A stretch of DNA of 64,000 nucleotides, from NCBI RefSeq assembly GCF_016433145.1, contig NC_058133.1, positions 200,521,342-200,585,341 on the forward strand, written 5' to 3'. Positions 54,321 to 64,000 of the stretch are shown one piece after another; position 1 is the first letter of the stretch; each line of letters begins with the position of its first letter. Under the pieces are notes generated by a model. That model did not search any database and was not told the DNA's origin. It saw nothing but the letters and a program-made list of their open reading frames with translations. The stretch is from Gracilinanus agilis (Eukaryota). A program made the position numbers and the translations under genes.

Positions 54321-54474
54321 CTTCCCAAACAAACCAAATGGCTCATGTCTTTATGGGCTCCATCCTGGGATACCACCCTCAGGGACCACCCCTGGGCACC
54401 AATCTCTAAGCACTCTCAGCTAGCCCAGGCCTTGGAGGTGAGAGGACTTGGAGCAGAGCACAAGGGATACATTA

Positions 54475-54756
<282 letters not shown>

Positions 54757-55157
54757 CTAGTTTGGAGTATAGACAAAAGAGGAATGGGTCTAGCGGGGGT
54801 AGGAGGTAGATTTTGATGCCTTCCTCAGAGCCCTCCCCAAATTCCATTAATTATAGACACCCAGTTTATCTGCCCTGCCACTCTCACCCAAGCCTATTGG
54901 TTCTCTTACTCTATCATCAGCCATGCTCTTCATTTCTCAGAGAAGCAAACAGATACTATGAGGGGAAGTGATAGATGATAAGCGTGAAAAGAACAGGATA
55001 GAAGGACAGCTGAGTGGCTTAGTAGATAGAGTCAGGCCTGGAGTCAGGAGATCCTGGGTTCAAATCTGGTCTCAGATACTTCCTAGTTGTGTGACCCTGA
55101 GCAAGTCACTTAATTGCAATTGCCTAGCCCTTGTCCCCTAAGAATATAAGGGTTTAA

Positions 55158-55158
<1 letters not shown>

Positions 55159-55204
<46 letters not shown>
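55159..55204 (+). repeat. (AC)n microsatellite in GFAP intron 4
   Basis: Seen directly. Confidence 0.95.
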
Positions 55205-55207
<3 letters not shown>

Positions 55208-55317
55208 CAAGGTATCATACAAATGTAGAACCAGAGCAAAATGGCATTTCTTTTGAGAAGGAAGAGTAACACCTGGGGCTCAGAAAGAAGGATTTGAGAT
55301 CTGGAGGACAGACCTAC

Positions 55318-55479
55318 CTTGGACCGGTACCACTCCTCAGTCTCTTGCATGTTACTAGAGGCCATAGCCTCATACTGGGTTCGGATCTCACGCAAGGCAG
55401 CAGTGAGGTCTGGTTTGGCCATGTCCAGTTCTACATGTACTTGATGCTGGGTCAACTGTTCCTGTAGCTCTCGAAGCTC
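55318..55479 (-). CDS. GFAP: GFAP exon 4 (162 nt; ELRELQEQL...[16 protein letters not shown]...EEWYRSK)
   Basis: Acceptor ATCCAG; donor GTAGG. Confidence 0.97.
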
Positions 55480-55729
55480 CTGGATGGGGAAGGGGAGAAA
55501 ATGGAGGTCTGGGTATCTCCCAGGAACTGACTGGATCTAACCAACCTTCCTTTGCCTCCCACCTCATTGATTCCTCCTCCTCATTTCCCAAAGACTGAAA
55601 AGTTGAAGATGAGAAGCAATGAGGCATAGAGATCTGTGAAATGCTTCTCCTTTCTCTTCTCCTCTCTTGGGGCAGGGCCTCTGGGACATAGGATAAGGCT
55701 GGCACTAAAATGGAAAGCTAGCTGCTAGG

Positions 55730-56040
55730 AGAGAGGGGTGGGGAGAGAAGGAGAGAGAGGAAAGAAAGAAGAATGAAAGGAGGGAGGAGAGAGAGGTAAG
55801 AAGGGAGGAAGAGAGAGAGGAAAGAAAGAGAGAAGAAAGGGAAAAGGAGGNNNNNNNNNNNNNNNNNNNNNNNNNNNNNNNNNNNNNNNNNNNNNNNNNN
55901 NNNNNNNNNNNNNNNNNNNNNNNNNNNNNNNNNNNNNNNNNNNNNNNNNNNNNNNNNNNNNNNNNNNNNNNNNNNNNNNNNNNNNNNNNNNNNNNNNNNN
56001 NNNNNNNNNNNNNNNAAAAGAAGAGAGGAGAAAGGAGATT
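55730..56040 (+). repeat. GA-rich low-complexity tract spanning an N-gap in GFAP intron 3
   Basis: Almost pure purine runs on both sides of gap 55851-56015. Confidence 0.85.
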
Positions 56041-56155
56041 GCTTATAGCCATGGCTATAAGCATTGGGTATTTGCATACATGTAACTGTCTGGTGTGTGC
56101 ATGTGTGTTTGGGGGGTTAACAAGGGAACATCCTGGTACATCCTAGTGCTCTCAC

Positions 56156-56251
56156 TTCTTCATGAATCTTCCTGAGAAAGCGGATCTCTTCCTGTAGGGA
56201 CTCGACCTTCCGTTCCAGATCCAGGCGGGACAGAGCAGCTTCATCAGCCTC
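56156..56251 (-). CDS. GFAP: GFAP exon 3 (96 nt; [32 protein letters not shown])
   Basis: Manual translation; acceptor CCACAG; donor GTGAG. Confidence 0.96.
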
Positions 56252-56604
56252 CTGTGGCAGGGAGAGGAAAAGGACTAGCTCTGACCCCAGAATAGCTCCT
56301 TCCTCACCCCCCTACCTACACATACATACACTCTCCTTATCCCTTAGCTCTAGCCCAGCTCCTGTTCTCCAGGAACAGGACTCTCCACTGGGACAAAGGA
56401 ATAGGACAAGGGATGAGTCCAACAGGGACAAAAGAGAGGGCTGGAGTCAAGCCAAGGACAGGGTTGGGGAGGAAGGCAAAGCTCAAGAGTGATAGATTTG
56501 GGAAAGAAATAGAAGATGGGGCAGAGACAACAGACAAGGAGAGCTGAGCTTAGGGGATGCCGCCTTTTGTCCTGGTTCCCTCAAGACCCTCCAAATCCCC
56601 TGAC

Positions 56605-56665
56605 CTGTCTATAAGCTGTTAGGTTATTCTCTGCCTCCAGCCGAAGGTTGGTTTCATCCTGGAGC
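56605..56665 (-). CDS. GFAP: GFAP exon 2 (61 nt; LQDETNLRLEAENNLTAYRQ)
   Basis: Manual translation; acceptor TTCAG; donor GTCAG. Confidence 0.96.
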
Positions 56666-58845
56666 CTGAAGGAAAGGGAATAAGCATTTTTATAATACTT
56701 AGTATGCACTAGGCACTTTTTTCAAATATGATCTCCTTTGATCCTTAAAATAACCCTGTGAAGTAGGTGCCATTACTATCATCCTTATTTTACCAGAAGA
56801 GGAAACTGAGGAAAAAATATCCTGGAGTGGTTTGCCACTTCCTTCTCCATCTCATTTTTAAAATGAGGAAACTGAGGGAAGTAGTGACTTGTCCAGGGTG
56901 ACACAATTAGGAAATGTCTGAGGTTGGATTTGAACTCATCTTCCTGACTCCAGGCCCAGCACTCTGCCAACTATGCCACACAGTTACCTCAAAATGACCA
57001 TTAGACATTTGAAGTCTACAGAGAGAAGAGCCACAAGAGTCCTCTGAGGTAAAGGAGAAATTAGGGAAGGGCAAAACCTTTGGCCCTGATGCTGTGCACA
57101 GGCTTCTACAAACACACACCAGATAGAATCCTCATCATAGATTCTTAGGGCTGGAAGGGACCTCAGCCATCATCTTGTCCCTTTTCCTCATTTGACAGAA
57201 AATGGAGGCCCAGTGAGTGACTTTCCCAAAGTCGTGTGGCTACACATGTTATTTTACTTTTTAAAAGTCCTTTCTGTCTTAGACAGTCTTAGACTTCTTC
57301 TTTTTTATTTTTAATTTTTAAACCTTTACCTTCCATCTTAGAATCAATACAGTGTATTGGTTCCAAGGCAGAAGAGTGGTAAGGGCTAGGCAGGGGGTGT
57401 GGGGTGGTAAGTGACTTGCCCAGGGTCATAGAGCTAGGAAGTATCAGAGGTCAGATTCGAACCCAGGACATCCACCTCCCCCGTCTCTAGGCCCGACTGC
57501 TCACTTAGTATCATTTCTAAGAAGAGTGTCAAGGGCTAGGCAGTCAGGGTTAACTGACTAGCTCAGGGACACACAGCTAGGAAGATAAACGCATGTTTTT
57601 ACACTGACCTAACTACAACTCTATATACAATGCTATGCACACATATAAAAACACTCCCTTCCCCTCCCTTTTCCTTCCTGACCCCTCCAATAACCCAGAG
57701 GTTTCTCTGTGGGGTTTCTCTCTATTGCCTCTTCCACCGTGGGTACCACAGACTTTAAACCCTTACCTTCCATCTTAGAATCAATACTGTGTATTGGTTC
57801 TCAGGCAGAAGAGCAATAAGGGGTAGGCAAGGGGGGTTAAGTGACTTGCCCAGGGTCACACAGCTGGGAAGCATCTGAGGCCAGATTTGATCCCAGGACC
57901 TCCTGTCTCTAGGCCTGGCTCTCAATCTACTGAGCCACCCAGTTGCCCCCTGAAGAACAATTTTAACAGCAGTTTCATCTGCATCCAGGATCTAACCTCT
58001 TCCTCACGCCCCAACACTCACATATTCCCCTGACTTACGACACAGTCCTGAGTCCTGGAGAGAGCAAGCAAGATGCCCGGAGTAATCCAGTCAGACAAAA
58101 GTCGCCAGAGGCCAGGCACTCTGAGGCTTGTCCCAGAATTCTACACCAGAGTGAGCTGCTGCTCCAAGAATCAGACACATTTTCCCCAGGGGAGAGAATA
58201 GGAGGAAAAGCCTCCATAGTTTCTAGATTTGGCCCTGAGATCTGCTCCACCTACACCTTTTAGCTTTCTCAAACTGGCCCTCCATCTCCCAACTCTGTGA
58301 ATATGTTTTAGTCTTATCTCTTGTCTCCCCTACCCTCATGGCAGACTCATGGCAGGGATCACTTTTATTAAATTAAGGAAAACAGATCATTACATCATAG
58401 AGAGAGAAGGCACCTCAGAGATTATCTAATCTAACCTCTGCATTAAAAACAACAACAACAAAATCTGTGTATTGGTTCTAAGGCAGAAGAATAGTAAGAG
58501 CTAGGCAATGGCAGTTAAGTGACTTGTCCAGGGTCACACAGCTAGGAAGTGTCTGAGGCCAGATTTGAACTCAGAACCTCCCATCTCTAGGCCTGGTTCT
58601 CTGTCTACTAAGCTACCCAGCTACTCCCACCAACTTCTTCACTTTGCCAATGAGGAAATGGCAGTCCAGACAGGTGGTGGCTTAACCAAAGTTATGCAGC
58701 AAAGCCAGGATTTGATTCCACGCCCTTGAATTCCAAATCCAGCATTTTACTACTGTACCATGCCCCAGAGAAGGAAAGCAACCTATTCAGAGCCACACTG
58801 TACCCTCTCCTCTGCCATTTTTCCTTCAGACAACCATCTACTCAC

Positions 58846-59297
58846 TTTTGCCTCAGAGCGGTCAGATCTTCAGCCAGGTTATCCCTCTCGATCTCTAGCC
58901 GGGCACTGCTTGCATTCAGCTGATCCAGCTCAAGCCGGAGTCGATGCAGCTCAGCCTGGTAGACATCAGCCAATTTGGTCGGCTCTTTGCCCCGAAGCTG
59001 GTTGAGCTCCCCTGCCAGGACCTTGTTTTGTTGCTCCAGAAAACGGACCTTCTCGATGTAGCTGGCAAAGCGGTCATTGAGCTCCATCATCTCGGCCCGT
59101 TCACTGGACCGTGTTTCTTTGAAGTTGGCATTCAGTGCCTCGGCCAGTGAGAAGTCAACCCGGGTAGGAAGCGGAGGGGGCATCCTGCTCGGGGAGAGCC
59201 GGGGGACCGGAGCTAGGCGGCGAGCACCTGGGAAGCGCACCACAACCTCAGAGGCATAGGAGCGGCGGGCAGAGGAGGTGATACGGCGCCTGTCCAT
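58846..59297 (-). CDS. GFAP: GFAP exon 1 coding part (452 nt; [14 protein letters not shown]...[19 protein letters not shown]...); total CDS 1287 nt, 428 aa
   Basis: ORF 58842..59297; type III intermediate-filament coil 1A motif; GFAP-type head RRSY and PTRVDFSL; donor GTGAG at 58845. Confidence 0.98.
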
Positions 59298-59332
59298 CTT
59301 GGCTCTGGCTGGAGCAGGGGCTCCAGAGGGGC

Positions 59333-59338
59333 TTTATA
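59333..59338 (-). promoter_or_regulatory. GFAP: GFAP TATA box (TATAAA)
   Basis: TATAAA on the minus strand about 36 nt upstream of the ATG. Confidence 0.8.
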
Positions 59339-60689
59339 GAAAGGCACACCCAGCTCCACTGCCCTGAGCTGCTGGTGCTTGGCACTGCCCGTGTTTATTT
59401 TGGCACTGTCCCTTGGAAAGGGATTTGGCACTGTCCAAAGAAAGCCCCCTGGAGAGGAGCCCTCTTCTCCCGCTCCCCCTCCTCATCTCATCATTCTGCT
59501 GAAGGGAGGAGGGAGAGAAAGAAGGCCTCCCTGTATTTTTTCTGGCCTTTGTATTCTCCAGGGAATTGGAATAAATTGTTCTACTGTGACCCACCTCATA
59601 GTTCTTTCCACTCCATGGATTCCACTCCAATGCTTCTTGAGGGCATTCTCTTCTCTGAACAGGGGCCAGGACTCTGCTATTCCCCAAAACTTTCTCCCCG
59701 TTTCCCACTCTATCCAAGAGCTTTTTGGACATGGAGTTTGGCCAGGAGCAATCTGGCTCCTAGAATCTCAAAGCAGGAAGAGACCTTCATGACCTTTTAA
59801 CCCAACCGCCTTATTTTACAAAAGAAGAAACTGAGGTTTAGTCCTCAATTATGTCCAAGTTCACTTAGGTAGTTAGTAGCAAAAGTAAGCTTAGAACTCA
59901 GGCTTCTTCTCATATTCTGGTGCTCTTTCCGTGATCTCATGCTCTTGAGACCTGCTCTTCCTTCTTGAAAAAAATGGAGAGGAATGATGACTTTGGGGGC
60001 AGTGGAGGTGGAGGAGCTTTAGGACGAGACAGGGGAAGACATAGGATTCCCATGGCCTGCCTAACCGTGCCACCCTGCCTTGGCCCATAAGCCTCCTCTG
60101 ACTAAATCCCCTCGCCAGAGTCCAGGACTGGACAGCTCCACAAAGCCATTACAGATGGCTGGGGCAGCTGGGCTGTGCGGAGCTGTCTCCCAGGGAGAGT
60201 TCCCAGGGTCCCTTCCCCAGCTCTCCATCTCCTCCTTTCCTCCACTAATATCTCACTGAAGATTTATATCCCTTGAGTTCCCACACATCAGATACTCTAG
60301 GTTCTCAGGAAGGGAAACTAGGGACTGGTACTCTGGGAAATAAGGAGATGAAGAGGGGGAGATCTCTGGGAACAAGAAGTTATCCTTCAAGGTAAACTTC
60401 AGGCTGGGAGTTCTGTTGCCTGGGTTCTATTCCCCCTGGGAGCCCTTGTTCCTGTCCTGTCTCCAGATCTTAGTGTTCTTGCCTTGATAACACAGGGTTC
60501 AAACTCCAGTCCCTGGGCATCCTCTCCTACCCCCCCCTTGCACCCTCAATTATTCTCAGGCTGCTGATTTCCACTTGCTTGGGCACTTACTGAAAAGAGT
60601 CTTGTTCTGAGGGGTTTGGGAGGAGAAAAAGGTCCTCCCCCAGGAGACGATGCTGCTTTTATCCCAGGGATGCAAGACTGCCAAACCAG

Positions 60690-60820
60690 GGTGCTGCCCA
60701 AGCTCTCAGCTCAATGGGTTTCTCGGAAAGAAGCAGAGTCAGGCTGATGAACAGTAGGCAGTAGGCTCTGTGCCCACTCTGGAGCCATTGTGTCTGTGCC
60801 AAGGTGAGTCATGCAGTGGG
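60690..60820 (-). promoter_or_regulatory. GFAP: GFAP distal astrocyte enhancer: STAT3 site TTCCGAGAA (60728-60720), NFI-like TTGGCACAGACACAA (60802-60788), AP-1 TGACTCA (60811-60805)
   Basis: All three motifs are read directly in the sequence, about 1.4-1.5 kb upstream of the ATG, in the order known for the human and mouse GFAP upstream enhancer. Confidence 0.85.
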
Positions 60821-62994
60821 CTGGGGAAGGGGAGAAAAAGTGGGGGTGGGAGGAGTAGCCCAAAAGCTAAAAGAGAATTCATCTTCAGAGAAAGGCCCCA
60901 GCATGCTGCCCACTCCCCAACTTTTTCATGAAGCCAACTTGAGTTTCCCCACTCCAGTTTCTCTGGGAAACCCTTGAATCCCTATTACAGGGCATTGTTT
61001 CCAATTAAAGTTTATTCTATAGTTAGTTATATCAGTGGCACCAGCCTAGGCTGGGGCTGAATGTGGGGCTAGATCAGGGCATTACCCTGTAGGGAGGAAG
61101 AGTAAGATGATGTTCACAATTTAGGTCTGGAGCATGTTGAGAGCCCTAGAGACAGGGCCCAGGAGAGGCTTGGGCTCCCCCCAGGTAGGACAAAGACTAA
61201 CTACAAGCTATTAGGGGGTAGGCAAGACTGGGTGTGTTTGTCTGAAATTTTTCATCTTCATTTTTTAGAGAGAAACTAAGGACATTTTCATTGGGGTTCA
61301 GGGCCCACAGCAGATTATATACTATGTGTACTTCTCCTACCAACACCCTACTATTTATATCCAAGAGAAAATAAAGTTTCAGTGAACTTTAAAGATGCCA
61401 TCAATGGTGGCAGCAAGGTGGCTCAGGGGATAGAGAACCAGACCCAGAGATAGGAGGTCTTGGGTTCAAATCTGATTTCAGAACCTTTCTAGCTGTGTGA
61501 GCCTGGGCAAGCCACTTAACCCCCATTGCTTAGACCTTTCCATTCTTCTGCCTCGGAACCGATACTTGGTATTGATTCTAAAGCAGAAGGCAAAGGTAAA
61601 AAAGAAAAAATGCTATCAGGTTAAGTCAAGAAGCATTTAAACCCCACTATAGTGTCATGCACTATGCTAAGTACTAGGACTACAAAGAATGGCAAAAGAT
61701 AGTCCCTGCCCTTAAGGAGGGCACACAACATACAAACATGTACAAAGTATATATTTATATCTATACACATGTAAATNNNNNNNNNNNNNNNNNNNNNNNN
61801 NNNNNNNNNNNNNNNNNNNNNNNNNNNNNNNNNNNNNNNNNNNNNNNNNNNNNNNNNNNNNNNNNNNNNNNNNNNNNNNNNNNNNNNNNNNNNNNNNNNN
61901 NNNNNNNNNNNNNNNNNNNNNNNNNNNNNNNNNNNNNNAGGTAGACAGACAGAGAGATAAAATGGAGATAATCTCAGAAGGAAGGCACTATAGGAAAGAC
62001 TTCTTGCAAAAGTGGAATTCTAGCTGACTTGAAGGAATCCAGGGAGGCCAAGAGGTGAACATCAGGACATAACGAAATCCAGTGAAAATTCAGAGTTGGG
62101 AGATGGAGTGTCATATTTGAGAAACAGCAAGGAGGCCAGTGGAGGGGAATAAGAAATCTCAAAAACAAGCTACATAGTCCTTTGCCTTGGTAATGATCAT
62201 GATGGACTAGTGACATATATGAGCCTTGAGAAATCTCCTTCTTTGCTACTTGCTGTCTTTCTGCATCACTGCCCATCTGCCATTGACCTGCCCCATCATC
62301 ATACCCAGAGGACAGCTCTGAGAGCAGTCCAGCTCTTAACTCTCTGCCCCATCCTCCTCTCTAATCCTCCCTGAAGCCCTGTTCTTGTTGCTGCCTCCAT
62401 TCCTATACCCTGTTACTGCCCTCCATGCAGACAGTCACAAAACCAGACAGACTTGACTCTGAGATACATCCAGCAGAACAGATGTACCCAAATTACCTCT
62501 AGGGGCCCTCACCTTCATTGGACCATTTTATCTCTCTGCCTAGGCCTCCCTTTCACTATCCTCTGCCTTCCAACTCAGGTCTTTTCCTGACGATATTGTC
62601 CCTTTACTCTGCCCACTCTGAGAACACCAGCCTTATGAACATCAGGCCAGTAGAAGTTAGGAACATGGAGAAAGGCAGAGGTTAGCTGAGGAGTCAGTCA
62701 AGCAGCAAAGAGTTGGCTCTCAGACCCAGGACCCTTGGTTATATTATTTTTTATAGAATGTTAGGACTGGAAGGCACCTTGGAGATCATCTAACTCAAGC
62801 ATGGCATTTAATAAATGCTTCTTTAGTTACTGACTGTTCAACAGTCTCATTTAAAAAAAGAACTAAGGCTTAGGGATACTGTCATAGTATATTGGAAAGA
62901 TCCCTAGCCCTGGAGTCAAGGGACCTAGATTCAAATCCTGTCTATGAAACATATTACTTTTATGATCATGGATGAGTCACAATTTCTCTAGGCC

Positions 62995-63850
62995 AATACC
63001 ACTGCTGGGTTTATACCCCAAAGAGATAATAGGGAAAAAGACTTGTACACAAATATTCATAGCTGTACTCTTTGTGAAAGCAAAAAAATTGGAAAATGAG
63101 GGGATGCCCTTCAATTAGGGAATGACTGAAGAAATTGTGGTATCTGTTGGTGATGGAATACTACTGTGCTCAAAGGAATAATGAACTGCAGGAATTCCAT
63201 GTGAACTGGAAAGACCTCCTGGAATTGATGCAGAGTGAAAGGAGCAGAACCAGGAGAACATTGTACACAGAGACTGATACACTGTGATACAATTGAATGT
63301 AATGGACTTCTCTACTAGCAGCAATGCAATGATCCAGGACAATTTTTTTTATACCCTTAACTTCTGTGTATTGGCTCCTAGGTGGAAGAGTGGTAAGGGT
63401 GGGCAATGGGGGGGTCAAGTGACTTGTCCAGGGTCACACAGCTGGGAAGTGTCTGAGGCTGGATTTGAAACCAGGACCTCCTGTCTCTAGGCCTGACTCT
63501 CAATCCACTGAGCTACCCAGCTGTCCCCGATCTGGGACAATTCTGAGGGACTTATGAGAAAGAACACTATCCACATCCAGAGAAAGAACTGTGGAAGTAG
63601 AAACACAGAAGAAAAGCAATTGCTTGATCACATGGGTCAATGGAGACATGATTGGGGATGTAGACTCTAAATGATCACCCTAGTGCAAATATTAATAATA
63701 TGGAAAGAGGTCTTGATCAATGACACATGTAAAACCCAGTGGAATTACTTGTTGGCTACAAGGTGGGGAAAGGAGGGGAGGGAAAGAACATGAATCATGT
63801 AACCATGGAAAAATATTCTAAATCAATTAATTAAATGAATTTTTTCAAAG
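62995..63850 (+). mobile_element. L1 3' end interrupted by an antisense SINE (63345-63530)
   Basis: L1 ORF2 end and 3'UTR; CAGGACAATT / GGGACAATT flank the SINE. Confidence 0.8.
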
Positions 63851-64000
63851 CAAAAACAAATAAACAAATAAAGGTAATCTCCCTAGGCCAAAGTTTCCTC
63901 TTCTGTAAAATGCAGGAATTGGACCAGATGACCTCTGAGGGTCCTTCCAGCTCTAGGATCCAAGTAAATTGTCCCCCTGGAGAGGCAGGGAACTCTACAA

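Noticed and set aside
59334-59800. Three overlapping 132-141 aa ORFs upstream of GFAP
   Set aside because: No recognisable protein similarity; they span the TATA and proximal promoter, and stop-poor frames are expected there

Overview
Mammalian genomic DNA, most likely a didelphid (opossum-type) marsupial. This is inferred from the SINE1_Mdo/MAR1-type SINEs and marsupial-type L1s; the species cannot be fixed from sequence alone. The window holds the gene block also known from human 17q21.31. (1) The 5' part of EFTUD2 (Snu114) lies on the minus strand: ten coding exons at 1751-32626 plus a probable non-coding first exon near 34852; the gene runs off the left edge. (2) A CpG-rich head-to-head promoter sits at about 34.6-36.0 kb, partly in an N-gap. 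(3) CCDC103/DNAAF19 is on the plus strand with three coding exons (241 aa). (4) FAM187A has a single coding exon (413 aa). (5) A complete GFAP is on the minus strand with nine coding exons (428 aa), its TATA box, and a distal STAT3/AP-1/NFI enhancer. All exon boundaries were read from GT-AG sites and their phases add up, except the last GFAP acceptor, which lies in a gap. Introns are packed with SINEs, L1, L2, CR1, solo LTRs and hAT MITEs. I found no clearly new biological system. The best second-look items are a NUB1-derived retro-fragment inside an EFTUD2 intron, two hAT MITEs with 8-bp TSDs nested in L1s, a splice acceptor just before the FAM187A ATG (possible CCDC103 readthrough or fusion), RFX X-boxes, a candidate GFAP exon 7a equivalent, and a higher-order SINE-core minisatellite in the predicted GFAP 3'UTR. 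Family names and human comparisons come from memory, not database searches. Repeat boundaries are approximate unless a TSD is cited.
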